Below, piece by piece: positions 37,563 through 49,675 of a stretch of DNA of 64,000 nt; positions within the stretch are counted from its first letter, which is position 1, and each line of letters starts with the position of its first letter. This stretch comes from the human T2T-CHM13v2.0 reference genome, Homo sapiens. Where the stretch lies: NCBI RefSeq assembly GCF_009914755.1, contig NC_060939.1, one strand, 5' to 3'. The position numbers and the translations under genes are program-made. The notes under the pieces were generated by a model. That model worked only from the letters and a program-made list of their open reading frames with translations, was not told the DNA's origin and searched no databases.

Positions 37563-37838
37563 CTTTTTGTTTGTTTGTTTGTTTTAGAGGCAGGTCTCAC
37601 CAAGTTGCCCAGGCTAGACTCAAACTCCTGGGCTCAAGCGATCCTCCAGCCTCAGCTTCCCGAGTAGCTGGAACTACAGGCATGTGCCACCATGCCTGGC
37701 TAATTTTTAAAGTATTTTGTAGAGATGGCATCTCACTATGTTGCCCAGGCTGGTCTCCAACTGGTGGGCCCAAGCCATCCTCCCACTCCAGCCTCTCGAG
37801 TAGCTGGGAGTGCAGGCGTGTGCCACCATGCTTGGCTC
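37563..37838 (-). mobile_element. Two FLAM-like monomers in tandem
   Basis: Both arms lack the right-arm-specific insert (ggagtgcagtgg..). Confidence 0.7.
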
Positions 37839-39756
37839 AAACATCTATTTTTTTTTAAATTTTATTTCTTTGTTCTTACACATAGTCATTCAGAGAGACG
37901 TTCACATTTGGATCCATAAGATAAAAGACACTTTCTACTCCAGAGGAGACATTTTATAGTGGGATTCAGCTTAGTCCAGTTGATCAAATTCTTGGGAAGC
38001 AAATAGGTGTTTCTCCTACTTGGGTGCCCATGGAAAGACATAGTCCTGCTGGAACTATAAATGTGCATGAGCACTTAGCAGTGAGATCGTCTCCAAAGAC
38101 AGCAGTGGATGTAAGAACAGAAGGGAGATTTTAGGCTGCTTTTGGGGTTCCTGCCGTTTTCTATACACTGGCAGAATTTCAATACATTTGTTCAAGATAT
38201 AGAAAGGCAATCTGCCTCATTTCTTTTGCTTTTTGCTATTTCTAAACTGTGATAAAACAAAAGAGGAAAATTAATTGTCTCTCCTCAAATTATAAACACC
38301 TGTATATGCCCTGTTTTCATTTAGAAGTCTATTTCTATTTAGAACAAAGATTTTTTTTTTCTGACTCAAGGAGCTGTAATCTCATTTTGTACTTGTTTTG
38401 GGGAAAATAAAACACACACATAAAACCCACAAGGAAAACATTACCAAAATTTAATTATATTAGTAATCAAATCTGTGTGATGTGTGTGAATGGAATTTCA
38501 GAGTTTTTTGGATAATCAAGAAAATTAGTTCATCGGTCTCTAAGGTACCGGGGGTACTTGAATGGACTTTCCTAGTCCCGTCTGTAATCGTCGATGTGAG
38601 ACACTTGAGATCAATTTGGAGAAGGTACCTAGATTGCCATTGCCATCTGATATCGTTGACTTTCTGGCAGATATTGGCACCCAAGTAACATTTTATTGAC
38701 TCCATTTGGATTTTCATTCTTGCGGTTTCGACCTTGCTTTTTATAATGCATACCAGTCCGTCCTTCTGCACTCAGCTTACATCCAAGCCATGTCTTGTAG
38801 AAAGCTGTCTAGTGGTTTATAAAATCAGATTCCTCTCGACAATCAGGACTTTAAATGTATTTTTAGACCTGTAGACCAACTGGCAGAGGCAGAGTGCTTG
38901 GCTTTGGGCATTTTTTCTTTCGTAAAGAGCTCATTCTAGTTTTGAAAAATTACCTTTTTTTGAAAAAGTTTAACTTTAACAAGACACTTATGTGGTGACA
39001 GGAAACTTGGAATCAGATCTTTCAGGAAATAGAAGCATCATTTTGTGACTTGCTTTTTAAATTTATAGCACTCATCTATTTGCAAAGTTCACTTTCCTCA
39101 GAAACTCTACAAATTAGATTTAATAGAATCAGGAATAAGTCTTCATTCCTTCCGTTTGAAGGCTTGTGAGATGAGGGCTGGGGAGTGACATACGGGGATG
39201 GATTTTGTTCCTTTCTGTATAGACAATGCTTAATTCCCCATTTGGAAAGCTTATTGGTATTGCAGGTGCCTGTGGCATCCCAGGGGAGCAGAGGAGTAAA
39301 ATGCGGTACTGTGTATGCATATCATAAAATGTTATGAAAGAAATATTCAACCCAGCAACCACCCAGCGCAAGGGTAGTTCTCAAAAACATGATGTTGAGT
39401 GAAAAAAGTGGAAAACGGAACAAGATTTAAAACACATTATCATTTATTAAGTTAAAAACAGATACACAAAAAAACAACCTTACGTAAGACGGTTGCATAT
39501 TTCAGGACGTATCAACAACAAATCGAAATAGGTGTGTTGCGGGGATTGGAATGGGAGTGTCAATAAGGGAAGAAGAGAGATTATACGGAAATGAGAGAAG
39601 GGCCTTGCACAGTGCCGTGGTGACAATGAGGAGAAAAGACAATGAACCCAGGAGAATGAATAACTCTCCTGCACCTGGGCTGGAAACAGTTCTTAAGAGG
39701 AGACTATTGTCATTTTTTAGTTCGAAGTGCTGAGAGTACCACAGTTGGTATTAATT

Positions 39757-39946
39757 GTCGTTCTCAATTTTGGCCACGCATTTTAGTCATCTGAGAAGAA
39801 CCTGAGAATCTTTTTAAAAAGATACTGTTTTCCTGGATCCCAGCCACAGGACTTCTGACTTAATTGGACCATGAAGGAACCTGGGCATTAGAGTATATTA
39901 AAAGCTCCCATGTGGTTCTGTTATAGAGCCAGGGTTGAGAACCACT
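39757..39946. mobile_element. MER5B-like
   Basis: ttctcaattttggc..ttctgacttaattgg..cctgggcatt..aaaagctccc..ggttgagaaccactg. Confidence 0.7.
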
Positions 39947-40055
39947 GAGTTAAGTTTCTTAAAGAGGAAAAAAAAAAGTGTGTGGCAAGTGATAACTCTG
40001 CCAAGTAAAAATGAAACGGATGCAATATTCAGACTTGCCTTTTCTAACACTTTAG

Positions 40056-40194
40056 GTTATCAGCTCAATTCTGCTGAATGTGTGGATATCCGCTTGAAGA
40101 GGGTAGTTCCTGACCATTATTGTCACTACTACCCTGAAAATGTAAAACCAAAACCAAAACTGAAGGAATGCAGCATGGATCCCTGCCCATCAAG
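40056..40194 (+). CDS. ADAMTSL3: ADAMTSL3 exon 11, 139 nt, TSR
   Basis: ctttag|GT and AAG|gtttgt; (G)YQLNSAECVDIRLKRVVPDHYCHYYPENVKPKPKLKECSMDPCPS(S); lies within ORF 39935..40336. Confidence 0.96.
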
Positions 40195-41275
40195 GTTTGT
40201 GTCATTGTCCACACCCTTTTTACTTCAAAAAGAAACAAATCAGCTTCAACTGAGACTGATCAATCTTTGCAGGGCAATACATTTCCATTTCCTGGCTTTG
40301 TCTACTGGCGGCAGGTGCCTACATTCACATTTGTAACTATGGTGCATAGGAATTAGGACACATTCATTAGGAATGAAAGTCTAGCTTTCTCTTGTCGTGG
40401 GCTATGTGTTCCTAAGTTTTTTTATAATGAACCCTTTTGAACAGCTCCTGCTCTCTTCATCCAAGTAAAATGTCTAGTCCATCTGCCAATCATAAATATC
40501 TTTCACTCACCACTTTAGCTTTTAAACTGGGTCACTCATTATCATCTTTTGGCTTTTGAAGTATTCATATTAAATTCAGTATAAATAATGCATTGTGCAA
40601 GGAAGTAAAAGTTTTAATGCCAAAGTATAAAAAGCTATGTGTAAACTATCCTATTGCATAATTTAGTACCTGCTGACTTGGATTGCCTGGGGAAGTTTCC
40701 TGGCTTACTACAATACCTTAAAATAACAGAACAATATCAAGTCCCAGAATCCTCCAGATATCTGCCAGCTGGCTTAGGAAGAAGTGTGCAAGTGGAAAAG
40801 GAAGCGTTCTCAGTGGATTTCATTTCCTGTTACTGAACTGCACATTTCCTGTAAGCCTGGTTGAACATAATTATTAATAGAGACCTTTCAAAGGACAAAT
40901 TCTGTGAAATAAAGTGGTTTTCTGAAGAGCCTACTAATAGGACAGTGTGTTAATATCACTAATATATTAAGAGAGTAATGATTATAAAAAGGAATAAATT
41001 TATTGAAATTGCAAGATACTTTTCTCCTTTGATTAATATACTGCTAGTTTAGTTTTCTACATTTTCAAATAGAACTGGGGAATTTGTGTCGTAGATATTC
41101 TTGACAACTAAAGAGATGGTGGCTGAATTTTTGGGAATGGTTGATAACACTTGATATTTTTAGTTTCCAATTTGGAAGAGCTCTGTCTCTTGGGATGTCA
41201 AATATTATATTCGTCAATTAATGAATGTGTTAATTTATTATAGAAATGATATTCTCACAATGATTTCATTTGTAG

Positions 41276-41326
41276 TGATGGATTTAAAGAGATAATGCCC
41301 TATGACCACTTCCAACCTCTTCCTCG
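41276..41326 (+). CDS. ADAMTSL3: ADAMTSL3 exon 12, 51 nt, phase 2-2 linker
   Basis: ttgtag|T and CG|gtgagt; (S)DGFKEIMPYDHFQPLP(R); too short for the ORF track, found by reading. Confidence 0.93.
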
Positions 41327-41866
41327 GTGAGTTATATGTTTCCTTTTCCTTTTTGCAATTTAAGTAGTTTGCAAGGAACTGTAGCATCTGTAGCAATAGC
41401 CTAAAATGTATGAGGGTTAGATATTAAATACTTTATAGAGCTAAGGGAAAACAGACTTCTACTCAATAATAGGAAAAATCTTTCTAAGAATTAGATGGAA
41501 TAGACTGCCTCAAAAGATGATGTTTCCCATCGCTAGAGCTGTCAAGCATATCTTGGACAACTGAGTATTATAGCAGGAGCTCAAGTGTTGCAATTAATCA
41601 GAAATTTTAATCCCCTTTTATACCGAGATGAGTAGTATGGTCCTTCCTGACTCTGAGGTTCTGTGATTCTCTAATAATATTGTCCATTAGTATTTAACAG
41701 TTTAGAGGCAGTTTGAAGATGCAGCCACACTGTATGTTTTAATTGATTTAATTTTCACAATGGTCTTATGAAGGGTAAATAGGGAAGGTATATTATTCCC
41801 AGTTGACAGAAACCCCGGATGTGAGGAGCTAAGTACCTTGTGACAAGAATTTGTGTGTGGCAGTTA

Positions 41867-42859
<993 letters not shown>

Positions 42860-45800
42860 TTAATTAATTCTCATATTTTAAGGGATATTTTCTATATGCC
42901 CACCATGGTGCTAGACAGCATGGAGACAAAAAAAAAGTGGTAAAAGAGCATGGTTCCTACTCCAAAGAGCTTAGGAAGACAGTTGGAGGACGAGGGAAGA
43001 AAGACCACAAGCATCATGGTAGGTAAGGATAATTAATATTAAGGACATTAATAATAATATTTCCATACAATTATCAGCGTAATTAATATTAAGTACTGTA
43101 AAGAACAAATCTGTAAAGAACAAATGTTGAAGCAGAGTCAATCAGGAATTATTTGTTGCCCTTGTGGTGCCTAATCCATCTTTGAATAATTTAAACAAGC
43201 AAGAATTACAATTTAAATTGTTTAAATTCTTTGAAGAATGTAAACAAGCAAGAACCTGAGAAACATCACTGGGTTAGGGTTAGTGTTAGGGAGATGGCCA
43301 AACAGAGATGGCTTGAGCAAAGGCAGTAATGACAAGAAGTGACTCAAAGTTGAAGATTTGAAGAGATGACCCATGATACTAAGAACTGGAAGATTAAGAG
43401 ATTGAAGAGATGGCCCATGTTACTAAGAATTGGGAGATTAAGTTGGAAATGCTGACACGACATGAAAGTGTGTGTCCTTGATCCAGTAGCCACTAAGAAC
43501 CTTCACAATTTTTGTGAAGACATAATATATTTTAAGTAATTGAGGCAAGATAGCCTAACATTGGGAAAGACCAGAGGCGGGCAGCCTATTTAGAAATCAT
43601 CCGTGGGGTCAAGTTGTATGAAAAAAGAAAACAGAAGAAGGAAGACACCTCAGAGGTATAACAAGGTTCATGTCAAATTAGCGTAGTTTTCACTTTCTAA
43701 AGAGATGACTGAGTAAGCCTCCAGAACAAATAAAATGCAGCCGGATTAGTCAAAGATGAAAAATGCAGACATTGGTATTTAATTATTTAATCTTAATCCT
43801 TTAATTTTCTAGAGAGTGAGATGTAGTTGACTCAAGTTTCTCCAGCTTTCTTAAGTGATTTCTGCACACTTAGTTCATCATATATGTGCATTAATATATC
43901 TATTCATATATTTATTCAATGGGTCAGCTACCATGCTAAGAAGTAAATACAACTTGCTCCAACCACCCAAAAGCTTAGAATCTAGTTGCACAGACATGCA
44001 TGCAAACAAAGTTGTGTTACAGTATTGTATTGTGCATGAGTAGTGTCATGTGCCCAGTACTTCAGAGGCACAAGGTGGAATGATTCACTCCATCTGAAGG
44101 TGTCAGGAAAGCTTCAGAAAGGAGGTAGCACTTGAACCTGAAGGACAAGTGTCAGGTAAAGACCATATTAATCTTTTTCTGATATCCCCAGACTAAACAT
44201 CATCACCCTGTAAGAACTTTATTCAAACTTGCTGGGGAAGAAGTTACCAATTAATTTTTGGTCACATACTCCCTAAAAAGAAGATTAGAGAATTACGTAT
44301 TTCTTCACATATATTTAGGTTGACATCTGAAATTTCCTATCACAAGTTTAAATAATTACAAAGAATATCATTTCAACATGTTGTGAATGTTGACATTTTA
44401 AAATAAGAGTGTTGCAGCATTCAAAAAAATCTGTCTAGTGGAATTTAAATGCCATGATAATTTCTGTCTTTGCCATCTTTCATTTAAAAAATACAGGGGC
44501 GAGCTCTTCTTTAACAATTTGGATGTTGAGCATATTTCTCCCTTTGAACTCACATTTGCAATCTACTCTCCCCACAGAATTTTATTCTAATATAATGTAT
44601 TTTTATGCTTTAAAGTCTTTTTTTAATTACACTATTCTACTTCTCTCCAAGAAAATATATATGATCATTGAAATTAATTTATTTTACTTTCCTGTGGCCA
44701 TAAGGCCCTAAGTATTTAAAATATTCCTCTGAATTGAGTTAATTTTAATACACAGTCAAAATAACATATATATATATATATTTCAAAGTTTGGTAAATAA
44801 GAATAACACATAAAAATTACATTTTCATTTGAATACACACTTAGTTCATCGTGTACATGCATTAATATATCTTGATAGAAGATAAGTGGAACTTAAAAAA
44901 TAGTCCATATATTCATCATCAGAATGAGCCATGTGTTCAGCAATGATTTTATTGTTAATTTTTTCTATTGGTTTCTTATTTTGTTTTGTTTGCCTTTGCA
45001 TGTATACACTGGGAAAGCTTGTTCACATAAATCAATAGACCGGGATGGAAGGATTTTATTTTAGCAAGGTCGGTTTGTTCTTTGAACTCTTGAGTTACGT
45101 GCCAGAATTCATGTGATGGTCTATCATCAAAAATTATTTTTAAGGGTCTTTCTACTGGCAATTTAAGTCCTCTTTCTATTTTGTTGAAAGCAAAAAATAT
45201 CATCTCAGCTGCAAAAGGATTTGTTATCGAGACATTAGGGACTTTCACTTTTTCAGCCCCCAATCAACATTATTTCTACAACTGCAGAGCTTGTTTTCAG
45301 CTCTCATAAGTCCTAGCCATATGTTTTATGTTGGCTTTAGAGCTTTTATATCACTCTCCATCCCCATAAATATCATGACTTTATCATTATGTATATTATC
45401 AGAATAGAGGATGTTAACTAGCTCTTCTCATTCACCATACTTCACCCTTAATACTTTTCACTTTTTTCAAAAATCAAATATATTCTCAGTGATGAGGATT
45501 TTCCATCATCGAGGACATATGCAGCTCCACAGAGGAGTTCTGGAACCGTTGTAAACAGTGACAGTGCCATTAGGGGAAGTGTCCGGCTTCCCAGAACGGC
45601 GGTTTAAAAGGAGAGGATACTCCTTTGGATTAACCAGTTGTAGTATAGTTATATCTTGTACTGTTTTCTTTCTTTTTGGGTGAATTTTTTTCTTTCTTGG
45701 CTAAAACAGCCACTCAATATTATATATATATATCTCAAATTGATAAATTTGGGGGTAGGTGAGTCAATTTTCCAAAAACAGGGTAATCTCAAGCTTCGCT

Positions 45801-46690
45801 GAACTCATTAAAGTATTTGTTCAGTGGTTTCAAGAGTGGCATCATGAACTAGAGAGATTTCCCAATATTCTGCCTGATGTGTGTACACTGAGAAAGGCCT
45901 CCATATCCTCGAAACATATCTTTGAAACTTGTCCCTAGCAACACCCAGGTACAAAGTGCTTAGGGGGTCAGAAAATAATTTTCAAGCTCCTTAAAGCGGT
46001 GGCTTGGCCATGGCTTTGGCAATAGATGGCTCTGGGAGGAAATTCCACTCTGCCTGTTAGGAACTGTGTGACCTTGAGCAAGATCCTTAGATGGTGGGCC
46101 ATTTGCTTATCTGTTCAATAAGCCTGAAGCTACTGACCCGGAAGTGGGTCGGGAGGATTCATGAGATAACAAATGAAGGAGGTGCCTGTCCCATAGCAGG
46201 TAACCAAAGGCAACCAAGAACCCTCAGCCCCTCCCTGGGGTGGATCCAGAATTAGTGGGGTCTGAAGTTTGTACAGATTGGAGGGGACTCCTCAAAAATA
46301 AGAATATAAAACACAAATATTGAGTATTGAAGAGAATGTTTATTTAGAATCAGAAAGGAAATTATAAGAAATTACAAATTTTAGAAAGCTGACAACAACC
46401 ACATTGTGAACTCTGGACTTGATAATATTTAATAATGATATATTAAATGATGTATTAGTTGTGTTAATAATGATGTATTAATAGGGGTTCATCGGTTGGA
46501 ACAATGGCACCACACTAAGGCAAGATGTTAATAATAGGGAAAATCATAGGGGGAAAAAGGGGTGAAGGGGAAGATTGGCGCTGTCTGTACTGTCTGCTCA
46601 ATATTTCTATAAACCCAATATGGTCCTCAAAAAATATAGTCTATCAATTTTTTTTAATGCGTACATATATACACTCCCCAACATGCAGAT

Positions 46691-47070
46691 TATATTAGTC
46701 CATTCTCACACTGCTGTAAAGATACTACCAGAGACTGGTTAATTTATAAATGAAAGAGGTTTAATTGACTCACAGTTCCACATGTCTGGGGAGTTCTCAG
46801 GAAACTTACAGTGATGGTGGAGGGTGAAGTAGAAGCAAGTACCTTCTTCACAAGGCAGCGGGAGACGGAGAGAGAGCATGAAAGGGGAAGAGCCCTTTAT
46901 AAAACCATCAGATCTTATGAGAACTCACTCACTATCATGAGACCAGCATGGGGAAAACTGCCCCCATGATCCAATCACCCTCTACCAGGTCCCTCCCATG
47001 ACAAGTGGGGATTATGGGGATTACAATTCAAGATGAGATTTGGGTGGGGACACAGAGCCAAATCATAACA
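46691..47070 (-). mobile_element. MST/THE1-type MaLR solo LTR
   Basis: tatattagtccattctcacactgct..gagatttgggtggggacacagagccaaatcataaca. Confidence 0.9.
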
Positions 47071-47802
47071 GATAAATTTGAAAAGCTATTCTAGATTTTT
47101 ATATGACATGAAAACATTCCACTCATAGGCAAGAGTAACTTTCAAATCATAAACAAATAATCCAAGAAAAAAAATGCTGACAACACAAACTTCACAAAAA
47201 TTCAGAAAAATAATAGCATAATGTTTTTATTAACTTTAACTGCAGGCAGTTATAGATGTATGGGGATACATCTATAGTATTTTTTTCTATAGCGTTTGGC
47301 TGAATACTCTTTGATGGCCTCGTTATATGGTAGCAGTTTTGCAAGACTGACTTCTATAGACAGAATAGAAAAATAATCCTCTGGCATAATTCATTAGAAT
47401 TTTATTATATTTTTATTGACAGTTCAGAAAGGTTTCATTCATCTTCAAAAATTATTTTGGGTAGGGTCATGTAAACGTTTAATCAAACTTGAGAAAACTT
47501 GTAACAAGTTTCTTTGATATTTGAGCAGTAAGATTTCAGGGCATTTTTAATTTCTTGAACTATGATCTCACCTTAAATACTTTTTGAATTGAGAAGTGGA
47601 ACAAGGTTGTACAAAAGAGGGGCCCTGAAATACAAGCATCACAGAAAATTAGCCTCTGTACCCTTCCTTACATAATATTTGTCTAAAAGTCTTTTGTGTT
47701 TAACATTTATGTAGTTCAATGGCTCTCCTTTGCATTCGATAAAATAATGCCTTTGTGGTTCTCTTAAAAGAAATGCGTTGGCTTCTCTTTTCTTCTTTGA
47801 AG

Positions 47803-47950
47803 TGCACAGTGACTTGTGGCCGAGGGTTACGGTACCGGGTTGTTCTGTGTATTAACCACCGCGGAGAGCATGTTGGGGGCTGCAATCCACAACTGAAGTT
47901 ACACATCAAAGAAGAATGTGTCATTCCCATCCCGTGTTATAAACCAAAAG
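47803..47950 (+). CDS. ADAMTSL3: ADAMTSL3 exon 14, 148 nt, TSR
   Basis: ctttgaag|TGC and AAG|gtaagt; CTVTCGRGLRYRVVLCINHRGEHVGGCNPQLKLHIKEECVIPIPCYKPK(E). Confidence 0.97.
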
Positions 47951-49590
47951 GTAAGTCTGTGGTGCACTGTAAATTCAAATCAAATGGTATTTTCCAGCTC
48001 CCATTCCAATATTGTAGCATTTCCCTTTCAACTTACTACTTTCTTATAAAAATTGTTTTATTGACAGATTGCAATAGACCTTCCCATCTAGATAAAGAAG
48101 TTAGATATATGTGAATTATTCATCTGGAGGGAAAACTGAGCTCCTGTTGATTCAGTACAGATGGAGTAGCTCCTATCTATCTAGTTTTATACTAACATTT
48201 CTTGGTGGACGTAAGAAAATTAAATGCAGTCCCTCCCTTGAAGAAAAAGAAGAAGAATGGCGGGGGAGAGATTAAAAAAGGAGGGGAAGGAAAAGTAGAA
48301 GGAAGACAAGAAAGAAGAGCAAGAAACAGAGGAAGAAGTAGAGGAGGAGGAGGAAATTATTCTTTTCCCAAGATTCTCATTCTTCTTTATAGCTACCTCT
48401 CCGCTGGAGTATAAGATTTTTGAGGGAGGAATGATGTCATCTTTATCATGTGTACTAATGCATGGAATGAATGAAAACTTCCCGTTCCCAGTGGAGATCT
48501 ATGGATGCATTTATAATCTCTCCAGTAGTTCACATTTGTTCCACATGAAAGAGCAGAAATGGGTAGCATCCAGGGATAGGAGGATTTGGCATCAGCTCTC
48601 TGATACATGATCTTCTCTGTACATAATTATTTCCATGTTCTTTAATGTTAACCATCCTCATGAAAAGTATCTTCCATCTTGAAATGGGAGAAAAGATTAT
48701 TCCCAACTATTAGTAAGAAGGACTCCTCCTTAGTACTTGAGAGAGGATGGTAAAACTCTCTTTTGTTATTTCTGGGTTCATTATTCATACAAATAGCCTC
48801 ATAATTAGCCATTCAATAAATATTTTTGAGTACGTCTATCTTGCAGAAAAATCACTAGTTGCCATGACAGGTACAAACATTGACTACTTAACTCCATCAG
48901 TGAAGTCTTTTTTCCTTCCTTCTGCATTTATGATACTTTCATAGCCACTTTCATAGTGTCCATAGTTTCCTTGAAGCACCCTAAAGTTATTTTTATTTCT
49001 CACTTCATAGATAGATTATTCCTTTCTTCACATCAAGGAGGCTTCAAAGGACAGGAAGGGGGGCAACAGTTTGTTCCTCCATGCCAGATGTAATTGGTAA
49101 TCATCTCCCTCAACAACTACAACAACAGTAAAAGTCTGAGTAAACTATAACACAGACTCCTTCATCCCCCCTAACTTTCTTAACTTTCATATTATTTGCC
49201 TTTCTCTATTAATGTTTGCATTCCATGGGCAAAAATAAAATGTGACCAAAGATAGCAAGCTGATATGGTTGAAGTAAAAGCTTCAATGTATGAACAACAG
49301 AAATTGGTATTGATTTATAAAAGGCATTTTTATGTTAACTTTGACAGCATATTCAACTGTATCATTGATCATTTTGGTTGCATTTTAATAATGTATTAAT
49401 TTTTTTAATATACAGCAGAAGTGTTTAATTCATTCCAGCAGCCACCTAATGTATTGTACTAAGGAACTCAACTTGCATTTGAAAAACATGACCTCTTTAT
49501 AAATGAAATCTTCAGCCAATATGATCACCTATCCAACTCCTTAATGATTAATAGTAATTAGGCTCATTGTTTATGTTCTCTTTTTCTTAG

Positions 49591-49675
49591 AAAAAAGTCC
49601 AGTGGAAGCAAAATTGCCTTGGCTGAAACAAGCACAAGAACTAGAAGAGACCAGAATAGCAACAGAAGAACCAAC
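49591..49675 (+). CDS. ADAMTSL3: ADAMTSL3 exon 15, 85 nt, linker
   Basis: ttcttag|AA and AC|gtgagt; (E)KSPVEAKLPWLKQAQELEETRIATEEP(T). Confidence 0.95.

Noticed and set aside
38460-38771. 103-aa minus-strand ORF as a retrocopy or NUMT
   Set aside because: No recognisable homology, poly(A) tail or TSD. Kept only as part of the CpG-retention finding.
43030-43442. Repeat cluster as a CRISPR-like array
   Set aside because: The repeats are unrelated to each other, occur only twice each, lack regular spacers, and the DNA is a primate intron.
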